From: Reclinomonas americana ATCC 50394
Taxonomy: Eukaryota
Assembly (NCBI GenBank): GCA_048213135.1
Contig: PS015034.1
Location: forward strand, 74,054 to 138,053
Length of the DNA stretch: 64,000 nt
Direction of reading: 5' to 3'
The notes under the pieces were generated by a model that had not been told where the DNA came from, did not search any database, and saw only the letters and a program-made list of their open reading frames with translations. This document shows, piece by piece, positions 48,441 to 60,053 of this stretch. Numbering within the stretch: the first letter of the stretch is position 1; each line of letters begins with the position of its first letter. Made by a program: the position numbers and the translations under genes.

Positions 48441-51400
48441 ATGCAGCACCAGCAGCACCAGCACCACAATCTGCTGCACATGCACAGCAACACCTCCGCG
48501 CAGCGACGTAACATGGACGACTGAAGCGAGCTCGCATTCGTCGGTCGCGACAGACACAGACAGACATTGATTTCGCCAATAGCGCGCGTATATGCAGGCT
48601 CCATCGGCACTGTCGCGATCTGTGGCTGCACACGCGGCTGCCACAGCTGCGGCTGCTGCAGCTGCCAATGCGGACGCAGGAATGACACCGCTGTTGCTTG
48701 CACACCCGTCGCCGTCCACACCAGAGAGCCCTGCTGCGGTCGCCTCTGCGTCGCCCCTGGTCACTGGTGGTGGAGGAGGTGGAGGAGGAGGAGGAGCACA
48801 GGGTGCTGCGCGAGGAGCGGCAGCCGCCAACATGAATGCACAGGTGTGGGAGTGGAGAACGTCATCTCACTCTCGTGTGTGTGTGTGTAAGTTGACTTGG
48901 TTGTGGCGGTGGGCAGATGCACACGCGGTTGTATGCACGTGCGTCGGTGGTGACGACCACAGTGGCCAACGTGTGTTACGCGCCTCCGGAGGAGACGCTG
49001 TTTGATAACACGCGCAGTGTCGACATTCATGTGCCGACAGAGTTGGTGTTGCCGCCTGATGCACTCGGCGGTGCGTGTTGAGCAGGAGTGCTTCTGTCAC
49101 TGTGCGTTCTCTGAAGTTGAGTGTGTGTGTCTGTGCAGGCGTGGCGGTGGCCAGAGCCATGGCATCGTACCAGGGCAGCAATGGAAGCCGAGCTGGACGA
49201 CTTGGTCGTGAAACGGTAATGCCGCTGAGCACTGCGCGACGACCCGTGCTGGTCATGGTCCCTGGAGGTGCGCCGCCTTGTGTGCATGTATGTGTGTGTG
49301 TGTCTGCGTGTGGGCATGCCCATNNNNNNNNNNNNNNNNNNNNNNNNNNNNNNNNNNNNNNNNNNNNNNNNNNNNNNNNNNNNNNNNNNNNNNNNNNNNN
49401 NNNNNNNNNNNNNNNNNNNNNNNNNNNNNNNNNNNNNNNNNNNNNNNNNNNNNNNNNNNNNNNNNNNNNNNNNNNNNNNNNNNNNNNNNNNNNNNNNNNN
49501 NNNNNNNNNNNNNNNNNNNNNNNNNNNNNNNNNNNNNNNNNNNNNNNNNNNNNNNNNNNNNNNNNNNNNNNNNNNNNNNNNNNNNNNNNNNNNNNNNNNN
49601 NNNNNNNNNNNNNNNNNNNNNNNNNNNNNNNNNNNNNNNNNNNNNNNNNNNNNNNNNNNNNNNNNNNNNNNNNNNNNNNNNNNNNNNNNNNNNNNNNNNN
49701 NNNNNNNNNNNNNNNNNNNNNNNNNNNNNNNNNNNNNNNNNNNNNNNNNNNNNNNNNNNNNNNNNNNNNNNNNNNNNNNNNNNNNNNNNNNNNAATCCTG
49801 TGACTGCAGGTCACTGGATGATGGGATCGAGGGCGACTGTTGGACAGCAGTTGGCGGCCGAGGCCGCTCGTCGCGGCTACGTGGGTGTCTCGGTGTCGGT
49901 GCGTCTCACTCCCGCGCTCTCGGCTGCTTTACACATGCTCATGCGCTCTTGGCAGTACCGAGCCACGTCGTGGGCCTGGCTGTACGTGCTCGGCAAGATC
50001 CTGGTATTCCTGCTGCTCACGGCACACTATGCGCCATTCGTGTACTTTTACTTCCCGTGGCCTCTCCTGTGGAAGCTGGTGTTCATCGGCGCCATATCGG
50101 TGTTCTACTGGATCCGCTTCTTGATCTCCGACTGTCGCAACTTGCGATCGGTGTCACAACGAGGTGCTCTGTCGCTTGTCGTGATGCTGGTGGTAGTTGT
50201 GGCGGTGCAGGTGTCTCACTGTCTGCTCGGCATGCAGGATCCGAGTTCCCCACGCACATACAAGACGTGGGGCAAGCGGTGCGGTGGGTGCGGCAAAACA
50301 TCCACCTGTACGGCGGCGATCCAGATCAGATCATTCTCNNNNNNNNNNNNNNNNNNNNNNNNNNNNNNNNNNNNNNNNNNNNNNNNNNNNNNNNNNNNNN
50401 NNNNNNNNNNNNNNNNNNNNNNNNNNNNNNNNNNNNNNNNNNNNNNNNNNNNNNNNNNNNNNNNNNNNNNNNNNNNNNNNNNNNNNNNNNNNNNNNNNNN
50501 NNNNNNNNNNNNNNNNNNNNNNNNNNNNNNNNNNNNNNNNNNNNNNNNNNNNNNNNNNNNNNNNNNNNNNNNNNNNNNNNNNNNNNNNNNNNNNNNNNNN
50601 NNNNNNNNNNNNNNNNNNNNNNNNNNNNNNNNNNNNNNNNNNNNNNNNNNNNNNNNNNNNNNNNNNNGCCGGTCATTCGGTCAGTGGTTTCCTTACGTGT
50701 GTTCGACACGGGACTCGTTGACTCACGACTTGTGGATCCTCGCTACGCAGGCTGGATCACATTTGATCTCGCTGCTGGCCGTGTCACCCAAGCTGCGCGA
50801 GTCGGCACAGCTCGGCGACTTTACCTACATCAAGGGCATTGTGTGCCTCAGTGGCATTTTTGATCTCACAGACACGTCGCTCAAATTTTGTTGGTGAGTA
50901 CCACTACCAGCAGCAGCGGCAGCATCAACATTCTCCCTAACACATGTTGTTCCTGTTGGTTGTGTAGTTTCGGGCACTGCTTCCAGGTGGCACCGATTTT
51001 CGGCTGCAGCTGTCGCCGCAACGAGCAGTACTCTCCCGTGCACCTGTGCCGTCGTCTGGCCGACCAGTTCAAGCGCTTCCGCAGCCGCTCGCTGTACGGC
51101 AGTAACTCGGCGTCGACCAATGGAGGACCCACGGCTGGCCTGAAGGCGCTGGCGGGTGCATCGCCACAACTGCCGCCACCGCCACCACGTGGTCCTGTGG
51201 GGAAGAGTGCCCCCGATGTTCCACTGCTCTCGGCGGCGGCGCGATCGACACGCTCGGCACAGACGCCAGACTACGATGTGGGACTTACGGCGGGCGATGT
51301 CGACGATTTGCTTGATCGCCNNNNNNNNNNNNNNNNNNNNNNNNNNNNNNNNNNNNNNNNNNNNNNNNNNNNNNNNNNNNNNNNNNNNNNNNNNNNNNNN

Positions 51401-53355
51401 NNNNNNNNNNNNNNNNNNNNNNNNNNNNNNNNNNNNNNNNNNNNNNNNNNNNNNNNNNNNNNNNNNNNNNNNNNNNNNNNNNNNNNNNNNNNNNNNNNNN
51501 NNNNNNNNNNNNNNNNNNNNNNNNNNNNNNNNNNNNNNNNNNNNNNNNNNNNNNNNNNNNNNNNNNNNNNNNNNNNNNNNNNNNNNNNNNNNNNNNNNNN
51601 NNNNNNNNNNNNNNNNNNNNNNNNNNNNNNNNNNNNNNNNNNNNNNNNNNNNNNNNNNNNNNNNNNNNNNNNNNNNNNNNNNNNNNNNNNNNNNNNNNNN
51701 NNNNNNNNNNNNNNNNNNNNNNNNNNNNNNNNNNNNNNNNNNNNNNNNNNNNNNNNNNNNNNNNNNNNNNNNNNNNNNNNNNNNNNNNNNNNNNNNNNNN
51801 NNNNNNNNNNNNNNNNNNNNNNNNNNNNNNNNNNNNNNNNNNNNNNNNCGAACGCAACTTGATTGTGCAGATTGAGGTCATGGTACGAGTTCATCAGCAA
51901 GAACGGCGGGATCCAAAACGGTTGCGACCGTGCTCGAGAGCGCGGGTGGTGCGGATCGTACAGGTGGGAGAGCAACGAGCGGAACGTGTCCTCGTCGGCG
52001 TCGCCCATCCGTGTGGCCAGCTCCTCTCTCTCCGCGTGCAAGTCGGCGGCCGACGACTGATAAAAGTTGCCGTCGTCGTCGCGTTCCGAGTACGCACCGC
52101 CTCCTCGTGCGGCCGAGTAGCCAACCGACGAGCCGCCCCAGTCGTTCGGAGTGCGACCAGTCGATGCACCGCGTCCTGCAAACGTGGCCTGGTAACTGCC
52201 TCCCCGAGAGAATGGTGGCGGTACGGTGGTACCAGTTGAGAGCCCCGGTCGAAAGCCACCCGAGATCGGCGTTCCATGCTCAAACGACTGCGACAAGTTG
52301 AGGTCGCGCGGCANNNNNNNNNNNNNNNNNNNNNNNNNNNNNNNNNNNNNNNNNNNNNNNNNNNNNNNNNNNNNNNNNNNNNNNNNNNNNNNNNNNNNNN
52401 NNNNNNNNNNNNNNNNNNNNNNNNNNNNNNNNNNNNNNNNNNNNNNNNNNNNNNNNNNNNNNNNNNNNNNNNNNNNNNNNNNNNNNNNNNNNNNNNNNNN
52501 NNNNNNNNNNNNNNNNNNNNNNNNNNNNNNNNNNNNNNNNNNNNNNNNNNNNNNNNNNNNNNNNNNNNNNNNNNNNNNNNNNNNNNNNNNNNNNNNNNNN
52601 NNNNNNNNNNNNNNNNNNNNNNNNNNNNNNNNNNNNNNNNNNNNNNNNNNNNNNNNNNNNNNNNNNNNNNNNNNNNNNNNNNNNNNNNNNNNNNNNNNNN
52701 NNNNNNNNNNNNNNNNNNNNNNNNNNNNNNNNNNNNNNNNNNNNNNNNNNNNNNNNNNNNNNNNNNNNNNNNNNNNNNNNNNNNNNNNNNNNNNNNNNNN
52801 NNNNNNNNNNNNNNNNNNNNNNNNNNNNNNNNNNNNNNNNNNNNNNNNNNNNNNNNNNNNNNNNNNNNNNNNNNNNNNNNNNNNNNNNNNNNNNNNNNNN
52901 NNNNNNNNNNNNNNNNNNNNNNNNNNNNNNNNNNNNNNNNNNNNNNNNNNNNNNNNNNNNNNNNNNNNNNNNNNNNNNNNNNNNNNNNNNNNNNNNNNNN
53001 NNNNNNNNNNCGCGTGTGTGTGTGTCCACCCACTGTCTTTTTCTTGTGATCTCATGCGTCCTTTGTGATGCACAGACGGAGGCAATGCGCGATTCGCTGA
53101 CCAAGTTGGGCGTGCCGAGTCACTTGGTGAGATTACGAGACAGATCGTGCAACGGACACGGCCTCATTATCAGTCTGGTGAGTGGTGGGGTGTGGAAAGG
53201 ATGATTGTAGGAGAGGCAAATACTCACCGATGTCTGTGTGTGCGTGCATGCAGGTGGGCTCTGCCACGGATCACACTAGTCCGGTGGTGTTTGACTTTAC
53301 CGACGCACTCACTCGCGAATGGGATCTGGAGACGGGTGCAACAGACACGGAATAA
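48441..53355 (+). CDS. HSL-family alpha/beta hydrolase (prenylcysteine methylesterase/arylformamidase-like) with a hydrophobic insertion
   Basis: RPVLVMVPGG.WMMGS; FPTHIQDVGQAVRWVRQNIHLYGGDPDQIIL; GHS|AG nucleophile motif; IKGIVCLSGIFDL; C-terminal His region (NGHG). Start is uncertain and the gene has several gaps. Confidence 0.8.
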
Positions 53356-53392
53356 AGTGCACCAGGGCATCTGTATACTTGTTGGATCTGCC

Positions 53393-55159
53393 TCACAGTT
53401 TCGCCTGCAGCAGTGATGAAGGTAACACTGGTGCTGGAGTTGTCCGTGTCGATCGTTCCGGTGCGCTAGCTTGCTGCTCCCCCAGCCACTTGGCAATGTC
53501 GGCCCACAGTGGTCTGCCGATCTGATGTCAGCACATCGTTGATAGAAGAAGTGGATGAGTGCACAGATTGTACGGAACTTGCTGGAGACGCGGAAGCAGT
53601 CAAAGTGACCTGCAAGTCAACGTCAGTGAAGACGCAACGGACGATGATGGTGACGGTGAGCAGACCAATGTGCTTGAGGTTGTATGACGACGGGTCAATG
53701 TGTCGACGATCAACGAAGGATGAGTGGCGATACACCTCTGCCGCGAGCGGGTGAGCAAGCTGAGTGGTGGCAGCATATTTCACGAAATGCATACCGTACG
53801 CCAACGAGTCCGCGGCCTCCTTGGGGCAGTATGCCTGGTCGTCGGTGAAGGACAGTGACAGGATCGGGGCACGGATCTTCTGGTATGCACTCCACTGGCG
53901 CATGTGGTTCGGGCGGAACATGTACCTGGTGAGCAAGCGATGCCTGAGTGAGTTGTCCACGACAAAGTACGCAGGCATCACGCACTGTGGATGGCGACCC
54001 CAGTGCGTCCACTGTTGCATCACACCAGCTGGCAGCGACTGCAAGCAAGATGAGAGACTTGCCTGACGGCCTGCAGCGTGGCGATTGACAACTCACCTCG
54101 CCCATGCCGATGAGATGCGACGGAAAGTACCCGTACACGCGCGTCAACAGCGGCCCCCAGACGTACCACAGTATGGTAAGCGATACCCGACTACGTGTCG
54201 AGTCAGCGCACGATCGCACGCAGCGTGCAGGCGATCGCGAAAACGCAACTGCAGGCTCCACGGCCAGTTTCGCAACGCGCCGACTTGCGCAGCCACGAGA
54301 ACCACCGCTGCACGGATCGAGCTCAGTTGAGGCACGCATACAAGCAAGCACCAAACACACAGTCTCACCGTCCACGCGGCTCGCCAGCTCCGGTCGCAAC
54401 ATGCCAATGATCTGCCCGCCGAGCGAGTGACCGACCACATCGAACCGTCGCGCCTGCACGCTCTCCAAGCAGAAGTGGGCCATCGCCGACAGATCGATGT
54501 GTCCCCACGTACTCAGCGACGCCGAAAAGCCGCGCAGGTTGACGGGCGATCCCTATTCACAGCTGGCGCGTGAGCAACAACAACAGCGCGGAGTTGGCAT
54601 ATGCATCGCATCGGGGTTGACGAGAAGACCTCCTTCTGCGGTCGCCTGCTCGGCGGCACACTCCCACCAATGCCACGGTAATCGAACAGCACCACTGTCG
54701 CTCCATGCTCACGACACAAGTACTCCGCAAAGGCCGCATAGAACCGCGTACCGCGGACTCCGATGGCGGGAACGCACAACACGCAGTGATCGCGCAGTGA
54801 CAACAACCCATCGCCACCACTGGTGTTGGTGTACTGCACGCCCGTTAGCGTGAATCCATCGTCAGCAANNNNNNNNNNNNNNNNNNNNNNNNNNNNNNNN
54901 NNNNNNNNNNNNNNNNNNNNNNNNNNNNNNNNNNNNNNNNNNNNNNNNNNNNNNNNNNNNNNNNNNNNNNNCTCGTCAGCACACGCAACTCACACACGAA
55001 CGCAAGCAAGACACCAACCCCAGAGCTGCTGGTGTTGAAGGCCTTGAAGTACTGCGCACGCCACGCCACACGTCCATGAGTACACTGCGACACACACACG
55101 CACACACTGTGCGTACTAACCTGCTGGCAGTACGTGCTCGGCACACCCCACTGCACCAT
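53393..55159 (-). CDS. Bacterial-type predicted alpha/beta hydrolase (COG4757-like) with C-terminal AKL
   Basis: DDGFTLTG, AIGV...FYAAFAEYL, FDYRGIGGS, WGHID, GHSLGGQ, LPAGVMQQW, SFTDD and IGHFDCFR motifs. Ends PLWADIAKWL...LLQAKL*. Confidence 0.85.
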
Positions 55160-55891
55160 CACCCTGTTGAACTTGTCTCTGTGTCGTGGTGCAATTGAAT
55201 CAGAACCAGAATATCGAATAAAATGACCCCCACTCTCTCGCAACAGCAAAACGTGCACGCACGCGAGTGCCTCTCTACGTGCACACGTCACTATCAACAC
55301 CGCATGCCTCCACGGAGATAACACCCCGCGAAATCCGCGGTTTTTTTCTCGCGAAGATGGGGCGTGAGCGCCACATTCAACGGTAAGACTCCCTTCTCAC
55401 AAACAAGAAAAAAAGTGAATCTATGCCCACACACAAACACAGCACTGCGACACTCACTGACGCGCACAGACNNNNNNNNNNNNNNNNNNNNNNNNNNNNN
55501 NNNNNNNNNNNNNNNNNNNNNNNNNNNNNNNNNNNNNNNNNNNNNNNNNNNNNNNNNNNNNNNNNNNNNNNNNNNNNNNNNNNNNNNNNNNNNNNNNNNN
55601 NNNNNNNNNNNNNNNNNNNNNNNNNNNNNNNNNNNNNNNNNNNNNNNNNNNNNNNNNNNNNNNNNNNNNNNNNNNNNNNNNNNNNNNNNNNNNNNNNNNN
55701 NNNNNNNNNNNNNNNNNNNNNNNNNNNNNNNNNNNNNNNNNNNNNNNNNNNNNNNNNNNNNNNNNNNNNNNNNNNNNNNNNNNNNNNNNNNNNNNNNNNN
55801 NNNNNNNNNNNNNNNNNNNNNNNNNGTGCGCAGAGCTTTGTTGACTTGTTGTTTTTCTTCGTTGACTCAACATGTGGGCGAATGACGGCAG

Positions 55892-58407
55892 GTGTTTGGC
55901 GACATTCACGGCCAGTTTCCTGATCTGCTCGAATTCTTCACCACATACGGATCGCCCAATCACCGCACTGGCGACATCCGCTTCGTCAACTATGTGTTTG
56001 TGGGAGACTTTGTGGATCGCGGCCGCTACTCGCTGGAGGTCATCGTGCTGCTGTTTGCGTTGAAGCTGCGGCATCCGGAGCGTGTGTGTTTGGTGCGCGG
56101 CAATCACGAGGACCGACTGATCAATGAGGTGGGTGTGAGAGTCTTGGATGGCCGATGCCACCATCGTCTGCGCAAGTGTACTGAGCGCTTGCGGTGTTGT
56201 TGTTGTTGTTGTTGTTCGCAGGCGTACGGTTTCCTCGACGAATGCCGAGAGCGACTGGGCGAGCAGGTCGGTGAGGATGTGTGGAACATGTACAATGAGG
56301 CGTTTGACTGGCTGCCACTTGCGTGCACGTGCGTACCGCCTCGCCACTCTGTTGTTGCTGCTGTTGCCAACTGATGTGCAACACACAGAATCGAGCAAAA
56401 GATTTTGTGCATCCACGGCGGCATTGGCGGCTCGATTCATCATCTGGGCCAACTGCAAAACATCAAGAAACCAATAGAGGTGCCAGAGGACATTGAGTGC
56501 GAACAAGATCGGATCATCATCGATGCGCTGTGGAGCGACCCGACGGAACACGATCGCGTGCATGGTGTACATCCGAACCTGCGTGGTGACAACATTGTGG
56601 CCTACGGCCCCGACCGCGTCAAGCAATTCTGTCGCGACAACGGGTTGGACCTCATCTTGCGTGCGCACGAATGTGTGGATGGCGGATACGAGTTCTTTGC
56701 CGACGGTCACTTGATCACCATTTTCTCGGCTACCAATTACTGCGGCAGGTGTGTGAGGCGTGCGGGTGGCAAGTCGGTGGCATGTTGCTCATCTAATGCC
56801 CTTTTTCGCAGATACGAAAACAACGGTGCGATTGCCGAGATCACACTGGAGGGACGTGGTCAGGCCATCAAGGTCCGACAGAAGGTAATCAGCGCCAAGT
56901 CCGCCGAGGAGGCGGCCAGAAGGTGGAATGCAACGCAGTTCAGGCCGCCAACGCCACCGCGTGGGCACGGCAAGAGGAGTCCTCGCGACGAGGTTGACGA
57001 CGAGGTCTACGAGAAGAGGGTGTGTATAGTTTGTGTGTGTGATCGACTGTCGTTTCTGCTGTCAATGCTCACAGTGCATCTTGTGGTCAGTTACCCAAGG
57101 TGTCTGCATTGTCGCTGGACGAGTCACCACCGTCGCCACCAAAGCGACAGGGAAGCACCGCTCCGTTGCGGAATCGCTTCTCCAATCAGGGTGGTGCGAA
57201 TGGCGCGGGTGGCAGCGGAGCGCTCGTGGGCGGCAGTGGTGTGGCGCAGAGGTACTGCACTGTCCCCCGCGCATGTTGTTGATTGTGTCGCCGTTGCTCA
57301 TGTGACGCCCACCCCCACAGTTCACCTGGGATGATGCACCAGAGCGAGCGCATGACGACCATGCTGTCGCGTGGCGGAGGTGTCGGACCGTCGTCTCCTG
57401 CCCCTGTACCCAATGTCAAGTACGCCGGCGAGTATTTCCCGCCCGAGGTGGAGCAGTTCTTGCGAGTATCCGAGGTGTCGGCCGAGCGCATTGGCCATGT
57501 TGCGTGCATGGTAGACAGAGGGAGGGGGAGGAAGGGAGAGAGAGAAGAAGGGAGGAGGGAGGGAGGGAAAGAGAGAGAGAGATAAGAAAGAGGTATGAGT
57601 ATGTGTAAGAGAGAGGCAGCGTGCGGGGGGCAGTGGGGTTGTGTGTCGGTGCCCCATCGCTCACGCATTCTCCACAGGCGCGAGAGCTGTACGACGTCGC
57701 GCTGCGGGACGAGCCGGTTGCTGTGCGGGAACAGGGTCTCAATGAGGCACAGTTCACCAATCTGTTGGTGGAGTTGGGCGCCAATCGTCACTACTGCCGT
57801 CAGGTTTGTCGGATGGCATCGTTCGGAGGGAGAGATGTTTTGTCGCTCATATGAACTGTGTTGGTGCTCCAGTACTTCAAGGCGTTTGGTGGCATAACAA
57901 CAGGTCGCGTCAATTTCGCGCAAATGGTGGCTGGCCTGGTGGTGCGTGCTGTGCATTCCTCTCTGAAGCCAGGCGTGGGGGAGTTCGTTTCNNNNNNNNN
58001 NNNNNNNNNNNTCACCTTGGTGTTGTGTTTGTGAACAGGCCATGGATCCCAACACGCCACACGCGGTGGACGACATCACGGGTGAGACGCGTCTGCGATA
58101 CATCTTTGCCGTGTACGACCTGAATGAGGACGGCACGCTGGAGCACGACGAGTTGATCCACATGATACGACACATTCGACGAGGGCGCAACGAGGAGACG
58201 AGCACGCAGACGGTGGAGAACGACGTCGCCGAGTACATTGCCAGTCTGCGAAAGCAGACCGGTACTGCCAAGTCCTCGTTTACGATGCAAGAGTTTTGCG
58301 ACGCTGTCAAGGCACTAACTTCCGTGGCACGTCCACTCTCTTCCGACTGCCACGAGCGCCGTTTTGACGCACGCGCCGTGAGTGGTCGGGAGCTTGTATT
58401 TGAGTAA
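55892..58407 (+). CDS. PPP-family Ser/Thr phosphatase with a BSU1/PPKL-like catalytic domain and C-terminal EF-hand(s); 5' end is in or before the gap
   Basis: GDIHGQ, GDFVDRG, RGNHE, HGGIG, LWSDP, RAHE and FSATNYCG motifs; RPPTPPRG tail; canonical EF loop DLNEDGTLEHDE at ~58117. Confidence 0.9.
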
Positions 58408-58610
58408 TCTCTCCTTTGTGTTGCCTCGTCGAGTGCATCTGTTCGCTCATCTCTCGTATATACATGTGTGTGTGTGTGTGTGTGTGTGTTATGTTTTGCA
58501 ACGAAAAAGAATGAAGTTCGGATTGTGGTGGTACAATGTGCACGGACGACAGACAGAAGGAGGAGGCAAGAGCAGGGGGAGAGACGGGCGAGGGAGCGAA
58601 AGAGGATTGA

Positions 58611-59919
58611 TTATTCGGCAGCGGCCTCTCCATCGGCAGCGGGTGCNNNNNNNNNNNNNNNNNNNNNNNNNNNNNNNNNNNNNNNNNNNNNNNNNNNNNN
58701 NNNNNNNNNNNNNNNNNNNNNNNNNNNNNNNNNNNNNNNNNNNNNNNNNNTTCCGCCTCCGCTGCTGGTGCTGATTCCTCCTCTGCTGCTGCTGGTGCTG
58801 CAGCAGCCTCCTCCGCTGGTGGCTCGGGCTCTGCAGCCGGCGCAGCCTCAGGCTCTGGAGCTGCCGCTGCTGCCTCCTCTGCAGGCGGCTGTTCGGCGGC
58901 CGGAGCCTCCTCGGCAGGCGCCTCTGCTGCTGGTGGCGCCGGAGCCTCACTGGCGGCCGGAGCCGGCTCATCGACAGCAACCGGCGCCTCTGCACCGGAG
59001 CCAGAGCCGCCCTCGTGCTCCTCTTCGTCAGCAGCAGCAGATGCAGCAGCTGCCGGTGGCGCGGGTGTACTCACAGGGTGCGACACTGGTGCAGCCGCCA
59101 CATGCGCCTCACCTTGCCCCTCGCCTCGCCACGGTTGCGAATACGGCTCACCCTGCATGCACCACGGCCGCCAATGAGCAACGCCGGGGGATCACACACA
59201 CTCTGCACAGAGAGATGCATCGCACCTTCTCCACGGCTTTCCGCGCCGCCACAAAGTTCTCAAACAGCTGCTGCAGCACCGGCGTGATGATGCCGTCGAC
59301 TTGATCCACCAGGCGACCGCCCTGTGTCGGTTGCGAGTGAGAGAGGGATAGAGGAGAGGAGGAGGAAGAGAGACAAGTGGCACTCACCCAGTAGAAGAGA
59401 AAGAGGGGCTTGGAGTGCCCTATCCGCTCCGTCAGCATCGTGACCAACTCACGCTCCACCGGCCTCAACCCGCCCTCCACCTTGGACGCCGTCTCCACCG
59501 CCGTCTCACAGGCGATCTGTGCATGTTGAGCAACGAGACAGCTCACAGAGAGACACAGAGAGATAGACACACCTTCAGCATACGAAAGTTGATCGATTGG
59601 CAGTCGGACTTGGTGTACCAGGCACGGAACGACGGCGCAATCACCTTGCTCGACCCTTTCATGCATGAATGAACGAAAATCAGCATTCATCTCACTCTCA
59701 CTCTCACGCATATGCTTGCACACTGACCTGCCCACTGCGTGTACACCTCCAACAGAGTCACTGCATTGCCATCGTCGGCATCGGCACGCAGGCGGTCGCA
59801 CAGAGGCAGCAAAGAGTCGCACTCAACATGCACCTGTGTGAGAGACGGATTGTGAGAGAAGGACACAGAGAGAGAAAGAGACGGAGACAACGCACCTCGA
59901 CATCCTTCTTTGGTGGCAT
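58611..59919 (-). CDS. Thioredoxin-fold protein (dynein-associated/NME8-9-like Trx domain) with an Ala/Glu/Pro-rich tail
   Basis: MPPKKDVE...LLEVYTQWAGSSKVIAPSF...SKPLFLFYW|GGRLVDQVDGIITPVLQQL matches the Trx pattern (DVY..WCGPC; P.FLFY..G.LV..V.G...P.L). Confidence 0.7.
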
Positions 59920-60053
59920 CTTCTTGTTTGAGGGAGGAGGAAGCACGCAGTCAACAAGCAGAACGAACTGTCCCTTGGTGTCGTAAACGCGCGCGAGCGG
60001 AATGGCGGGAATGCATTGTACCTACATATTTTGTCGCGTTTTTGCCACGCACG

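Noticed and set aside
51849-52313. Minus-strand exon inside the plus-strand esterase (possible inversion or trans-splicing)
   Set aside because: The gap-flanked contig encodes the expected missing part (PPFLLMNSYHDLNL, the catalytic Asp region), so it is most likely inverted by scaffolding.
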